Source of the DNA: Lentisphaeria bacterium
GTDB taxonomy: Bacteria > Verrucomicrobiota > Lentisphaeria > Victivallales > Victivallaceae
DNA length: 64,000 nt
Direction: 5' to 3'
Assembly (NCBI GenBank): GCA_017450705.1
Contig: JAFSTC010000092.1
Coordinates: 1,676 to 65,675, forward strand
Shown here: positions 28,648 to 38,878 of the stretch, one piece after another
Position numbering within the stretch: position 1 is the first letter of the stretch
Layout of the letters: every line of letters begins with the position of its first letter
Made by a program: the position numbers and the translations under genes
Notes under the pieces: generated by a model
Seen by the model: the letters and a program-made list of their open reading frames with translations, nothing else
Database searches by the model: none
Told to the model about the DNA's origin: nothing

Positions 28648-30111
28648 ATGCCTGACATAAGTGTCGCTTTTGCCGCCGTCGCGGCGATGCTGCTGATCGG
28701 AGCTTTTTCCAACAAGCTCTCCAGCCGCTTCAACGTGCCCATCCTGCTGATCTTTCTGCTGGTGGGCATGATCATCGGGCGGGAACACGTGCCGGAGGAT
28801 CTGGAGTTCGGCCGGATCAGCGTCGCCGGGACCGTGGCCATGTGCTTCATCCTTTTTTCCGGCGGGCTCAACACCAGTTTCGACCGGATCCGGCCGGTCC
28901 TGATCCCCGGCGGCGCGCTGGCGACCGTGGGAGTCATTGCGACGACCCTGGCCTTCGGCGGCTTTGCCCATCTGGCCCTCCGGGGGCGGATCGATTTCAC
29001 GGACGCCCTGCTGCTGGGAGCCATGATCTCCTCCACCGACGCGGCGGCGGTCTTCGCCATCCTCTCCGGCAAGAAGGTGGGGCTCAAAGGCCGGCTCCGC
29101 CCCCTGCTGGAATTCGAAAGCGGCAGCAACGACCCCATGGCCTATTTCCTCACGCTCTTCATGATCGACGTGGTCCTGGGCAAGGGGCATCTCTCCTTTT
29201 CGACGGTCGGACTGCTGGTCTACCGCACGGCGGCGGGCGTTCTGATGGGCATTGTCGCGGGCGTCTTTGCGAGGCTCCTCTACAAGACCCGCCTGGAGTA
29301 CGAGGGACTGTACTTCGTCTTCGCCATCGCGGCGGTTCTCCTGAGCTACGGCCTGGCCGAGGGCATCGGCGCCAACGGCATGATGTCGTGCTACGTCTGC
29401 GGCATCACCATGAATCACCTCGGCTTCAACTACCAGAAGGGCATCACCCGCTTCAGCGACGGCGTCTCCTGGCTGATGCAAGTGATCCTTTTCACCACAC
29501 TGGGGATCTTCGTCGACGTCAACAGCCTGCCGGACATCTCCGGCTGGGGACTGCTTCTGGCGGGGATCCTGCTCTTCATCGCCCGCCCGGCGGCGGTGTT
29601 CCTCACTCTGCCCGGGGACGGCTTCTCCCTCCGCGAGAAGATCCTGATCTCCTGGGTGGGCCTGCGGGGCGCCGCGCCCATCGTGCTGGCGACCTTTCCC
29701 CTTTCCTGCGGGGTCGGGGGATCGCGGCTGTACTTCAACATGATCTTCTTCATGGTCATCGTCTCCATGGTGGTGCAGGGGACCACCATCATGCCCCTGG
29801 CCCGGCTGCTCAAGCTGGACAAACCCGTCGCGGACCATGAACGCATGCCTCTGGAACTGGAGTCCACCCCGGAGAGCCGCGGCCGCGAGATGCGGGAGTT
29901 CATCGTCCCCGACGGCGCCGACTGCGTCGGGCGGACCATCGCGGAACTCGCCTTCCCTCCCGGCGTGCTCGTGACGCTGATCCGCCGCGACCGCCAGCTG
30001 ATCCAGCCCAACGGCTCCACCGAGGTCCGGGCCGGCGACGGGCTCCTCATCATGGGCGAGCCCCGGCGGCTCGCCGCCGTCCAGGAACACTACTTCCCCG
30101 CCGAGGAATAG
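28648..30111 (+). CDS. K+/H+ (cation/proton) antiporter, CPA1 NhaP2/CvrA-like, with C-terminal RCK_C (TrkA-C) domain
   Basis: Multi-TM N-terminus with LFSGGLNTSF and ESGSNDPMA motifs. The C-terminus VPDGADCVGRTIAELAFPPGVLVTLIRRDRQLIQPNGSTEVRAGDGLLIMG is RCK_C-like. Confidence 0.85.
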   Translation: MPDISVAFAAVAAMLLIGAFSNKLSSRFNVPILLIFLLVGMIIGREHVPEDLEFGRISVAGTVAMCFILFSGGLNTSFDRIRPVLIPGGALATVGVIATTLAFGGFAHLALRGRIDFTDALLLGAMISSTDAAAVFAILSGKKVGLKGRLRPLLEFESGSNDPMAYFLTLFMIDVVLGKGHLSFSTVGLLVYRTAAGVLMGIVAGVFARLLYKTRLEYEGLYFVFAIAAVLLSYGLAEGIGANGMMSCYVCGITMNHLGFNYQKGITRFSDGVSWLMQVILFTTLGIFVDVNSLPDISGWGLLLAGILLFIARPAAVFLTLPGDGFSLREKILISWVGLRGAAPIVLATFPLSCGVGGSRLYFNMIFFMVIVSMVVQGTTIMPLARLLKLDKPVADHERMPLELESTPESRGREMREFIVPDGADCVGRTIAELAFPPGVLVTLIRRDRQLIQPNGSTEVRAGDGLLIMGEPRRLAAVQEHYFPAEE

Positions 30112-30145
30112 GCGGGATTCTCCGTCCGAAGAAAGGAAAATCGCG

Positions 30146-32263
30146 ATGAAAAAACCGTCTTCTCTGCCGCTTGTCGGAGCCTCCATGGGCATCGGGATCG
30201 AACCGCTCCGGGATTTCCTGCGCCTGAAGCTGGGCCGGATCGTTCTGATCCAGCTCCCCGGCGACAGGGAGCTGGCGCTGCAAGTCATGCGCTTCTGCCG
30301 GGAAAACCGTATTTACGTCATGCTTGCCGAGGTCGTCCACCGGCACAATCACGAGCGCTGGCACGCCGCCGGGCTCTCCAAAGCCGATCTGGAGGAGGCC
30401 GCTGCCGAAGCCGGAGCGTATTTCGTCGGCCGCTACGCCGTCGGCGAGGCCGGGGGGATGCTCTACTGGCCCAAGTCCTACGTCATCGACGAGGGCGTCC
30501 ATGCCTATCCCAGTCTGCCGCCCTGCCGGAACGAGAAAGAGGCCCATGACGCGTACATCGCCTACCTCGAGGGCCAGCTCGCCTTCGAACGCGGGGAGAT
30601 CTGCGACTGCCCCCTCTTCGATGTGGAGTCCAGCATCGCCTTCGCCTGTCACGCCGAGGCCGGGATCGACGGACTCTGCCTCGAAATGCTCCCCGGCGAC
30701 CCGCGCCTCACCCTCGCCGCCATCCGCGGGACCGCCCGCAGTCGGGGGATGCTCTGGGGAGTCCACATCGCCATGCTCTGGTACGGCGGATTTGCCCTGG
30801 ACGAACTCTGGCTCCGGCGCTGGCGCATTTCGCTTTATCTGGCCTATCTCTCCGGCGCCGACTTCATCTATCCCGAGTCCGGCCACCTCGAATACGCCGC
30901 CCCGGGAGCGCAAAAATTCGCCTTCGATTCGCCCGAAATGCTTCGCACCCGCCGCGAATTGCGGCGCCTTCACCAGCTGTCGCAGGTCCACGCCCGCCCG
31001 GCGGCCGGGCCCCTCGCCCCCGCGGCGGTCCTTCTGGGGAACTGCGACGGCCACCCCGGCATCTGGAACCCCTACGCCTGGGGCCAGTACGAAAACGGTG
31101 AAGCGTGGGAGACCTCCGACGCCGAAAGGGGCTGGGAACTTTTCGACACCGTCTTCCGGAGAGAGGACATCTTCCACGAAACCGTCAAGGGCGACCGGGA
31201 TCACTCCGGCAATCCGCCCTGCGGCCAGATCGACGTCGTTCCCCCCGAGGCGGATCTTTCGCGGTACAAGCTCCTGCTCCTCATCGGCTACAACCGCATG
31301 GACGATGTTCTTTACGAGAAACTCGCCGCCTACGCCGAAAACGGCGGGCATCTCGTCCTCTGGCTCTCCCACTTCGACACCGCGGAAAACCGGGGCGACC
31401 CCGTGAAACTTTACCGGAACGGCGACCTCTCGCGCCTCTGCGGTCTCCGCGTCACCGGCCGGGACAGGGAGGACGTGACCGGCATGAAATTCATCCGGGA
31501 AAGTTCTTTCCCCGAATACGACTTCCCCGTCCGGCCCGTGGGCCGTGATCCCTATTGCCTCGGGCATTCGGTCCCCGCCGCCGTCGAGATCACAGACCCC
31601 GGTCTCCGCATCCTGGCCGTCTATTCCGGCGACCACGGCGACACCATGGAAAACGCCCTGAAACACCCCCTGCTCACCGAACGCCGTCTGGGGAAGGGCG
31701 CCGTTTTCACCGTGACCTCCTTCTCGCCTCCCGGAGCCTCCGGCATGCGCAAGTTCGCCGAGATCCTCCTCCGCACCGCCCTCGCGGCCCACTTGACGGA
31801 GCTGGAAGTGATTTCCCCCGACACCGTCCGCTGGGCCGCCTATCCCGACGGGGACGGCCGGCAAGTCCTCTACGTGCTCAACTGCGACCCCGATCTGCCC
31901 CAGTCCATCCGCGTCCAGTACCGCGGCCGTCTTTCGCAGACCGTCCCGCTGGAGCCCGCGGGTTTCCGGATCCTCTACGCGGCGTCGGGGATCCTCCTCA
32001 TCCCCTCGGACCCGCTCTTCGAGCTCCACGGGGCCGACGGCCGATGGCAGGCCGACACCGCCGCCCAGAACCTCGACCTCGAAAACCTCTCCTCCGGGCC
32101 CCGGACGTGCTCCGTCAACGGCGTCGAAGCGGCCCTCGCTCCCGGCGAACGGAAAACCATCGCATGTCCCGCCCGCATCCCCGGGGAAAAGGCCCCCTTC
32201 CTGGATCCCGGTTTTTTGGAAGAACCGGTCATCGAAATGAAGGACCCGTCCACCCCCTACTGA
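30146..32263 (+). CDS. Cytoplasmic 705-aa hypothetical protein, glycoside-hydrolase-like; middle region resembles a GH42-type trimerisation (class-I GATase-fold) domain
   Basis: No signal peptide. RYKLLLLIGYNRMDDVLYEKLAAYAENGGHLVLWLSHFD resembles the beta-galactosidase trimerisation domain. The N-terminal 300 aa are unrecognised. Confidence 0.65.
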   Translation: MKKPSSLPLVGASMGIGIEPLRDFLRLKLGRIVLIQLPGDRELALQVMRFCRENRIYVMLAEVVHRHNHERWHAAGLSKADLEEAAAEAGAYFVGRYAVGEAGGMLYWPKSYVIDEGVHAYPSLPPCRNEKEAHDAYIAYLEGQLAFERGEICDCPLFDVESSIAFACHAEAGIDGLCLEMLPGDPRLTLAAIRGTARSRGMLWGVHIAMLWYGGFALDELWLRRWRISLYLAYLSGADFIYPESGHLEYAAPGAQKFAFDSPEMLRTRRELRRLHQLSQVHARPAAGPLAPAAVLLGNCDGHPGIWNPYAWGQYENGEAWETSDAERGWELFDTVFRREDIFHETVKGDRDHSGNPPCGQIDVVPPEADLSRYKLLLLIGYNRMDDVLYEKLAAYAENGGHLVLWLSHFDTAENRGDPVKLYRNGDLSRLCGLRVTGRDREDVTGMKFIRESSFPEYDFPVRPVGRDPYCLGHSVPAAVEITDPGLRILAVYSGDHGDTMENALKHPLLTERRLGKGAVFTVTSFSPPGASGMRKFAEILLRTALAAHLTELEVISPDTVRWAAYPDGDGRQVLYVLNCDPDLPQSIRVQYRGRLSQTVPLEPAGFRILYAASGILLIPSDPLFELHGADGRWQADTAAQNLDLENLSSGPRTCSVNGVEAALAPGERKTIACPARIPGEKAPFLDPGFLEEPVIEMKDPSTPY

Positions 32264-32293
32264 ACACACTCCGCGGAGACTGTTGGAAGTCCT

Positions 32294-33370
32294 TCAGGGG
32301 CGCGGCGTTTTTTCCGGAGGGGTTTCGCCCCGGCGGTAGACATCCGGCGGGCAGCCGTAATGTTTTCTGAAAGCGGCGCAGAAGTAGGATGTGGACGAGA
32401 AACACAGCAGTTTGGCGGTCTCCTGGACGGAGTGGCCCGTTTCCCGGAGCAGACGGCCGGCTTCCTCCATCCGCAGGCGGTTGAGATATTTCACCGGCGT
32501 TTCCCGGAAATGCCTGTTCCACTGCCGGAAAAACGTGGAGAGGGCCATTCCCCGCGATTCGACCAGGACCCGCAGATTGACGGGGCGGTAACAGTTCAAC
32601 TGCAGGTAGCCGGCAATCTCCTCCACGAGCTGATGCCTGCCGGAGTCCGCCCGGGCGTGCTGCAGCCGCTGGAGCAGCAGTTCCTCCACCAGTTCGAAGG
32701 CGTACAGGTCGAGTTTGTCGGTCATGGAAAAGTGGTTGGACACGGCAAGGCTCTCGAGGATCCTGCGGACGAGCTCCGTGACCGTCGGCGTGAGGGTGAC
32801 GTCCCAGACGAGGGGACCGCTTTTGAAATGCTGTTCATAGAGGGGCTGAAAGGTCTTTCGCGAATAGGTCAGACACAGACTGTTCATCGTCGCATAGGGC
32901 GATTCGAAGGAAAAGAGATGCCCCGGACACTTGAGAATGGCATGGGGAAAAGAACTGCTGTACCGGACGGAATTGACCGTTTGATTGAGCCGCTCCGACG
33001 GGGAGGTCAACCTCAGCGTCAGCTCGAATTTCTCGGGAGGGAAACGGATGTTTCTCCATTTGGGCCGCCAGGGATCCCGCGGTGAAAAGTCACCGGGATA
33101 ATAGCCGATGCTCCTGACCGGGTACGGAAACAGAAACAGCCGTTTCGCGTCGTCGAGCCAGATCCGGTTGAATTCCGCCACGGGCGCCTCCTTTTCTTTC
33201 GGATCGTAGAATATAACGATACCTCCTCCGAAATGCAAGGGGAGAAAACAAAACTTTTTCCCCGCTGTCGGAATTTTCCCGCCGCACGGCGGAGACTCCG
33301 GCAAAAATTTGTGCGTCTCCAGCACGCGAAACTTCGGAAGGACCCTCCCCGAATGAGAATATTTTGACAT
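32294..33370 (-). CDS. AraC family transcriptional regulator
   Basis: C-terminal [81 protein letters not shown]. It is divergent from the next prepilin-like gene. Confidence 0.85.
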   Translation of the reverse strand: MSKYSHSGRVLPKFRVLETHKFLPESPPCGGKIPTAGKKFCFLPLHFGGGIVIFYDPKEKEAPVAEFNRIWLDDAKRLFLFPYPVRSIGYYPGDFSPRDPWRPKWRNIRFPPEKFELTLRLTSPSERLNQTVNSVRYSSSFPHAILKCPGHLFSFESPYATMNSLCLTYSRKTFQPLYEQHFKSGPLVWDVTLTPTVTELVRRILESLAVSNHFSMTDKLDLYAFELVEELLLQRLQHARADSGRHQLVEEIAGYLQLNCYRPVNLRVLVESRGMALSTFFRQWNRHFRETPVKYLNRLRMEEAGRLLRETGHSVQETAKLLCFSSTSYFCAAFRKHYGCPPDVYRRGETPPEKTPRP

Positions 33371-33467
33371 GATTTGCGATTCTTCCGCTATTGTATCGAA
33401 GCTTCGGGGCGGCTATATTTACGATGTGCCGGGGTGGTATTTTTCAACAGCGGAAGGGGGATGTGTC

Positions 33468-34172
33468 ATGACCGGATTTACGACGGACGGCGGCAAACGC
33501 ACGGCCGTTTCCGATTTCACGTTGATCGAGCTCCTTGTCGTCATCGCGATCATCGCCATACTGGCGGCGATGCTGATGCCGGCTCTTCAGCAGGCGCGGG
33601 AGACGGCCCGGGGCGCGAACTGCCGGAGCAACCTCAAGCAGATCGGGCTCCAGATGAATCTTTACCGCGACGAGAACAAGGGATTTCTCATGCGGGCGCG
33701 GCTGGACGATCTCACGGTGTGGGCCGATTATTTCACCGCGAAACTGGGTTATAAAAAGTACAGGACCCGGCACTATGCGGCGTTGTTCGTCTGTCCCTCC
33801 CGGGACGAAACTTCCCAGTTTTCAAGTTACGGACTCAACGAATGGCTGACGGGCAAACGCCACAATGACCGGGCGGCGTGCACGGAACCCGCCCCGACGG
33901 TGGGCGTGAATATGACGAGCGTCCTCCAGCCCTCTCAGGCGGTGGAGGCGGTGGATAAAGTCTACGACGGCGTCACGGACAGAAGCAGCGTCCGGGAAAC
34001 GTCCCATCCCGATTACCGCCATCCGTCGGCGACGGCCAACACGCTGTTCACCGACGGCCACGTGACGGGACTGACCCGCGACGGCATCATCGCGGGCAAG
34101 GATGTTTCTTTCGGAAGACTCCGCTACGGTTTCTCCTTCGGATGCTCCTACTGCAGCAAGGGAAGATTGTGA
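33468..34172 (+). CDS. Prepilin-type N-terminal domain / H-X9-DG-like protein (paralogue 3)
   Basis: [45 protein letters not shown] opens the protein; the C-terminus is [17 protein letters not shown] at 33468 follows GGAAGGGGG. Confidence 0.88.
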   Translation: MTGFTTDGGKRTAVSDFTLIELLVVIAIIAILAAMLMPALQQARETARGANCRSNLKQIGLQMNLYRDENKGFLMRARLDDLTVWADYFTAKLGYKKYRTRHYAALFVCPSRDETSQFSSYGLNEWLTGKRHNDRAACTEPAPTVGVNMTSVLQPSQAVEAVDKVYDGVTDRSSVRETSHPDYRHPSATANTLFTDGHVTGLTRDGIIAGKDVSFGRLRYGFSFGCSYCSKGRL

Positions 34173-34186
34173 GGAAAGGCGCGGAA

Positions 34187-36685
34187 ATGAGGCGATTCGG
34201 GACAGCCGTGCTTCTCTCGGCGGTTTTGCCGCTTCTTCCGCTTTTTTCCGCCGAAAAATACGCGAATCCGGCGCTGAATCCGGTGACGTTCCACAAACCG
34301 TCCGCAGGAAAACCTCTGACGCTCATACGCGGCGGCGCGCCCCTCTTCGCCATCGTCTGCGACCTGACCCCGGAAACGGGAGAGACGGCCGAACGCAACT
34401 GCGTCACCCGCTCCCGCAGATCGGTCACGCTGGCGCTGGAGGTCCTGCAGCACGCCCTGAAGACCGTTTGCGGCAAAACCGCCCCCGTGCTGACGCCCGA
34501 CTCGCCGGAACTGGAGAGATTCGCTCATCTCATCGTTTTGGGGGACAACGAGATGTCGCGAAAACTCGGGTTCGACGGGTCCCGGCTCGTGCCGGATGAA
34601 TTTCAGGTGTTCACCCGCGGCGGCAGCGTCGTCATCGCGGGGTTTGACGGCTCCGTCCGCAAGTACTACGACAAACTCGACGCGCCCCGCCTCAGAGTGA
34701 ACGGGACGGCTTACGGCGTCTGCGATTTCTGCGAGCGCTTTCTCGGGATGCGCTACTATTATCCCAAGATCGGCATCTACGCCCCCGGGGTGCGGGATCT
34801 GGTCATCGAGCCGGTCAGCTACAGCGACAGACCGCGGCTGAAATTCCACTACTCCTACGCGCTGAACGGCAAGAAAGTTCCGGGAAAACGGCAGCTGTCG
34901 GATTTCTCCCCCGCCTGGCGGAACGGAACATCGAGCCGTTTCGTGTGCAGCCACACTCCGGAGCCCCGGGCGCTGGCCAAAGCCTATCCCGATAAGATCG
35001 ACATGCTGTTTTTCCGCAGCCGCGCCGGACGACTCTTCTTCAATCCCCACGCGCACATCGGCAGTTATTACGACATCACAAACCCTGCGTTCATCGACTT
35101 TTTTGTCGACGAACTGGTCGCCAAATTCTACGCGGGCGACACCGAAGTCCGCAAAGCGTGGGGAAGCTCCGCACTGCCCAACTCGGAATACGTGCCTTTC
35201 GGTCAGGTGGATACCTACGTGAGCGACGTGGTCAACGACCGCAGCCGGGCCTATCTGCCGGAATCGACGAAACATCTGCGGCACGGCAGCCTGAGCGACC
35301 TTTACGCGCACTTCAACATTGCGCTGGCCAATAAACTCGGAGAGCGTTTCCCCGGAAAAAAACTGGCGACATCCGCCTACTCCTCGCGGACTCTGCCGCC
35401 CGTTCTGAAATACGACTGGCCGGAGAATCTCCGCCTGAAGCTCTGCATGGGCTGCCCGGTCATGGTCAGATCGAAATCCTTCCGGGACGCGTGGAAGCGC
35501 GTCGCCTCCGGCTGGCATCGGACCACCGGGCGTCCCGTCGCCGGATACTGTTACGGCGTCAAGATCTTCGCCATCACCCGAATGATCGAGGGCCGCTACA
35601 TGGGGGAGTTCATCAAAGCCCTCGGCGACGACCTCTGGGACGAACATCTGTTTTTCGACGCGGGAGGACACGACAACCGGTTCTACTGCTCCTGCTATCC
35701 GGCCTACAGAGCCATGTGGAACAGCGATTTCAACGTCTCCGCGGCCATCGACGAGCACTGGGAACTGCTCTACGGGCCCCGGGCCGGAAAACACCTCAAG
35801 GCCTTTTACGATCTGCTGGTGGACTGCTGGGAAAAGCGGCTGATCCCCTCCATCGGGCGGGTTTCCGACGACTACGCCATACGCGGGAGCGTCACGCCGC
35901 AGCAGCTTTACAAGGCCTACGACCGCGAGATCATCGGCAAACTCGCCGCCCATCTGGATGCCGCCCGGCGGGCCGTCGCCCCCGGGAGTCTCGAGGAGCA
36001 GCGGCTGAAGTTTTTTGCGGAACCGTGGAAGGAACAGTTCGACATGGCTCGGGCCGGCCAGGCGGCCGCGGTCCCGTTCTACAGGATCAAACGCCTGAAC
36101 CCGGGCGAAAAGATCGCCGTCGACGGCCGGGCGGATGAACCGGCGTGGGGGCGGGCCGACGTCTGCCCCATGAAGGACAGCTGCGGCGTCGACCGGGATT
36201 ACCCTCAGGAGCCACAATGCCGGATGCTGTGGGACGACCGGGGCGTCTATCTGCTCTTCACGGCCCGGGGCAAGCCGACGGACCACCCCGGGGAGATCTG
36301 GAAAAATTCGGACGCGCTGGAGTTCTTCCTCTCTCCCGGGCTCGGGAAAAAGGTCTTCTATCAGTTCGCCTTCAACCCCAACGGCGATCTTTATCAGGGG
36401 AAAAAAGATCTGGTCGACGACGCCGGGGGGGCTTTTGCGTGCCCCGGTCTGCGGCTGAAGTCGCGTTACGACGACAAGGGATGGCAGGCTGAGCTTTTCG
36501 TCCCGTTCCGCGGCATGAGCGCGACGGTCCCGCGTCCCTACGACGTCTGGTTCGGCAACGCGGTCTACGCCCGGAGGCGTTCCAAGTCCTCCGAGACCCT
36601 CTCGGCCTCGTTCGCCCTCACCATGCGCAACACGCACAACGTCGGTTTGTGGGGACAGTTCAGGTTCATGGGCAGGGGGGATTGA
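34187..36685 (+). CDS. Secreted DUF4838-like glycoside-hydrolase-type protein with C-terminal CBM9-like domain
   Basis: Signal peptide MRRFGTAVLLSAVLPLLPLFSA. The N-terminal pattern ...LIVLGDNEMSRKLGFDGSRLVPDEFQVFTRGGSVVIAGFD is typical of DUF4838 proteins. The C-terminus DGRADEPAWGRAD...MLWDDRGVYLLFTA...NSDALEFFLSP...YQFAFNPNGD is CBM9-like. Confidence 0.72.
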   Translation: MRRFGTAVLLSAVLPLLPLFSAEKYANPALNPVTFHKPSAGKPLTLIRGGAPLFAIVCDLTPETGETAERNCVTRSRRSVTLALEVLQHALKTVCGKTAPVLTPDSPELERFAHLIVLGDNEMSRKLGFDGSRLVPDEFQVFTRGGSVVIAGFDGSVRKYYDKLDAPRLRVNGTAYGVCDFCERFLGMRYYYPKIGIYAPGVRDLVIEPVSYSDRPRLKFHYSYALNGKKVPGKRQLSDFSPAWRNGTSSRFVCSHTPEPRALAKAYPDKIDMLFFRSRAGRLFFNPHAHIGSYYDITNPAFIDFFVDELVAKFYAGDTEVRKAWGSSALPNSEYVPFGQVDTYVSDVVNDRSRAYLPESTKHLRHGSLSDLYAHFNIALANKLGERFPGKKLATSAYSSRTLPPVLKYDWPENLRLKLCMGCPVMVRSKSFRDAWKRVASGWHRTTGRPVAGYCYGVKIFAITRMIEGRYMGEFIKALGDDLWDEHLFFDAGGHDNRFYCSCYPAYRAMWNSDFNVSAAIDEHWELLYGPRAGKHLKAFYDLLVDCWEKRLIPSIGRVSDDYAIRGSVTPQQLYKAYDREIIGKLAAHLDAARRAVAPGSLEEQRLKFFAEPWKEQFDMARAGQAAAVPFYRIKRLNPGEKIAVDGRADEPAWGRADVCPMKDSCGVDRDYPQEPQCRMLWDDRGVYLLFTARGKPTDHPGEIWKNSDALEFFLSPGLGKKVFYQFAFNPNGDLYQGKKDLVDDAGGAFACPGLRLKSRYDDKGWQAELFVPFRGMSATVPRPYDVWFGNAVYARRRSKSSETLSASFALTMRNTHNVGLWGQFRFMGRGD

Positions 36686-36686
36686 C

Positions 36687-37556
36687 ATGAGAAAGATTTT
36701 TCCGGTCCTGACGTTCCCGTTCTTTTTTGCGGCGCTTCTTGCCGGTGCGGAGTGCCGCCGCCACACCGTGCCCTTCGTCGGTCCCGACGAACGGGGGGAG
36801 CCCTTCCTCATCCAGAACGGAGAGATCGGCTATGTGATAACTTTCCGCTACACCAACCCGACCCCCTCTGCGGCGCCGTCGGTCCTGGTCGGCATGCCGC
36901 TGCCCGTGAATCTCTCCGGCTTCTCCCGCCGCGACTTCACCTGGCTCGTCGTCAACGGCATCGACAGCCGCCGTCTGGAGCCGAAAAAATACGAGATCTT
37001 CAATTCCGGGAACCGGGCCGGGGTGCACGTCCATTACAACTTCGACGGCGTGAAAATGATCCAGACCTTTCAGATCAGGGACGGCTCCCCCCTTCTGGAA
37101 ATGATTTGGACGCGGAGCGGCGGGACCCCGCCGGAGGAAAAAATAAAAACCCTCCGGCTGCACTTCAACGTCATGCCCTGCATCGCTGCCCGGAAGAGCG
37201 ATTCCTATGACCGCGAGGTCGTCACCCCCCGCGGCGTCTCCGAAAATCCGGACCGCGTCCGCCGGAAAAGACTGAAACTGGACGCGCGGGACGTCTGGCT
37301 CATCCTTCAGGACGCGAAATATCAGGCCGGGACCCATCCACGGGCGGCGGGGCCCGTACTGCTCGTCCCCGACTGGAAGGGGCTTGCCTCCGGAAACATT
37401 TCCTTCGGGACCCATCAGAACGTCTTCGCCGATTTCACCCTGGACACCGGGGCGGAATGCTGGCGCTTCGGTCTGCTGGACTCCGACAAGAAGCGCTCGA
37501 ACGGGCAATTCCGCGAGTTTGTCGACGGCATTCCCGGTCTGCCCGTCTCCCCGTGA
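36687..37556 (+). CDS. Secreted hypothetical protein (289 aa), no recognisable domain
   Basis: Signal peptide MRKIFPVLTFPFFFAALLAGA. The ATG lies 1 nt after the upstream stop, which suggests translational coupling. Confidence 0.7.
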   Translation: MRKIFPVLTFPFFFAALLAGAECRRHTVPFVGPDERGEPFLIQNGEIGYVITFRYTNPTPSAAPSVLVGMPLPVNLSGFSRRDFTWLVVNGIDSRRLEPKKYEIFNSGNRAGVHVHYNFDGVKMIQTFQIRDGSPLLEMIWTRSGGTPPEEKIKTLRLHFNVMPCIAARKSDSYDREVVTPRGVSENPDRVRRKRLKLDARDVWLILQDAKYQAGTHPRAAGPVLLVPDWKGLASGNISFGTHQNVFADFTLDTGAECWRFGLLDSDKKRSNGQFREFVDGIPGLPVSP

Positions 37557-37604
37557 CCGGCCGTTTTCCTCCCCGGCTTTCGCCCCCTTTTGAAAGGGGC
37601 CGTC

Positions 37605-37638
37605 TTGACAGAAGCCCCGGGACCGTGTATGGTATAGA
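37605..37638 (+). promoter_or_regulatory. Candidate sigma70 promoter of the LacI-family gene
   Basis: TTGACA (37605-37610), 17 nt, TATGGT (37628-37633). An overlapping TGgTATAGA extended -10 is also present. It sits about 30 nt upstream of the ATG at 37669. Confidence 0.5.
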
Positions 37639-37668
37639 CCGGAACCAATTTCCGACACGGAGGAAATC

Positions 37669-38790
37669 ATGCGGACACGCCTCAAGGATATCGCCCGGCA
37701 GCTGGACTGCTCGCTGCAGACCGTCTCCCTTGTCATGAACGGCAAGTACCACGGCCGCGTGACCGAGGCCCGCGCCCGGGAAGTCCGCGAAACGGCCGAA
37801 AAAATGGGCTACGTCGTCAACTTCTCCGCCGGATGCCTCCGGGGCAAACGCTCCCACGCCGTGGGCGTCATCCAGCCCGCCGTCTCCCCGGGAGGCTTCC
37901 CCGATCTGGCCGCCACCGTGGCCCGCCACCTCCAGAAAAGCGGCTATCAGGTCTACTTTTATATCCAGGACGCCGACGGCACCAACCGCGAGGCCATCAC
38001 CTCCCTCGTCAGCCGCGGCGTGGAAGGCGTGATCCTCCTCGACTGCTACAACATCGTCCCCCACCGCGACGAACTCTGCCCCGTCCTCGCCGTCGGCTCC
38101 ATGGCCAACAGCGAGATCTCCGTGGACAAACGCAGCGGCGTCCGCAACGCCGCCGCCCACCTGATCCGCTGCCACGGTCACCGCAAAATAGGCTTCGTCA
38201 CCAACGGCTCCCGCTTCTCCCTCAGCAGCGCCGAAAAACTCGACGGCGTCCGCCTGGGCCTCGCCGATGCAGATCTGGAGTTCGCCCCCGAGTTCTGCGT
38301 CGACGTCTCCCGCGTCGCCGACTGCGAAGCCCGCCTCAGAAAACTGGTGGTCGAGTCCGGCGTCACCGCCTTCTGCTGCGCCAACGATTATGTCGCCGGC
38401 AGGCTGATCTCCTACTTGACCCGCCGCGGCGTCCGCGTCCCCGAAGACGTGGCCGTGGTCGGCTTCGACGGCCTCAACTTCGGCGAATTCTCCCAGGTCC
38501 CCCTGGCCACCGTCGTCCAGCCCTTCGAACTCCTCGGACGCCGCACCGTCGAGATCATGCTCGACCGCATCTCCGGCATCGCTCCCTCCGGCCGGACCGA
38601 ACTCCTCGCCCCCGCCTTCCGCCCCGGCCCCAGCTGCGGATGTCCCCTCCCGCACGAACCCGTCCTCCCCATGGTCGAGTGGCTCGGCCTCTCCTACGAC
38701 CAGAGCGACCCCGTCTACGCCGGCGAACTCGCCGGTTTCGTCTCCCCCAACCAGCACCCTCTTTACTTCTTTTCCCGCGAAAAGAAGTAA
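37669..38790 (+). CDS. LacI family transcriptional regulator
   Basis: N-terminal HTH MRTRLKDIARQLDCSLQTVSLVMNGK followed by a periplasmic-binding-protein-like fold. RBS is GGAGGAAATC. The last ~9 codons (…LYFFSREKK*) are encoded by the direct repeat at 38762. Confidence 0.9.
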   Translation: MRTRLKDIARQLDCSLQTVSLVMNGKYHGRVTEARAREVRETAEKMGYVVNFSAGCLRGKRSHAVGVIQPAVSPGGFPDLAATVARHLQKSGYQVYFYIQDADGTNREAITSLVSRGVEGVILLDCYNIVPHRDELCPVLAVGSMANSEISVDKRSGVRNAAAHLIRCHGHRKIGFVTNGSRFSLSSAEKLDGVRLGLADADLEFAPEFCVDVSRVADCEARLRKLVVESGVTAFCCANDYVAGRLISYLTRRGVRVPEDVAVVGFDGLNFGEFSQVPLATVVQPFELLGRRTVEIMLDRISGIAPSGRTELLAPAFRPGPSCGCPLPHEPVLPMVEWLGLSYDQSDPVYAGELAGFVSPNQHPLYFFSREKK

Positions 38791-38878
38791 GTCAATACAG
38801 CCGTGTAGCGGCGGCCTGCCCTTCCGCCTTTGCCGGGGCTGCGGCGGGACAAGTCGGGTGGCCGCCGGATTTTGTTGC
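38762..38878 (+). repeat. Direct repeat copy 1 (hairpin TTACTTCTTTTC..GAAAAGAAGTAA + GTCAATAC + CGGCGGCC...GGCCGCCG-T-tract), overlapping the lacI-family 3' end
   Basis: TTTACTTCTTTTCCCGCGAAAAGAAGTAAGTCAATACAGCCGTGTAGCGGCGGCCTGCCCTTC... aligns with 41959-42046. The CGGCGGCC (38809) / GGCCGCCG (38860) arms are followed by GATTTTGTTG and may terminate lacI transcription. Confidence 0.8.

Noticed and set aside
28483-32269. 601-aa (28483-30288) and 739-aa (30050-32269) minus-strand ORFs
   Set aside because: They are antisense to the CPA1 antiporter and the 705-aa GH-like gene, with shadow composition and no RBS or domain support.
34148-36811. 887-aa minus-strand ORF. Similar cases are 46146-48902 (918 aa), 43020-44543, 44562-46073, 37435-38985, 39007-40008, 40798-42072, 14635-16167, 16303-17991, 17654-19018, 19373-20899, 26026-27168, 49427-51367, 50635-52002, 52879-54648, 56718-58499 and 59630-61432
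   Set aside because: All lie antisense to genes with recognisable motifs and all have the same Gly/Arg/Asp/Val/His-rich shadow composition. None has an independent family signature.
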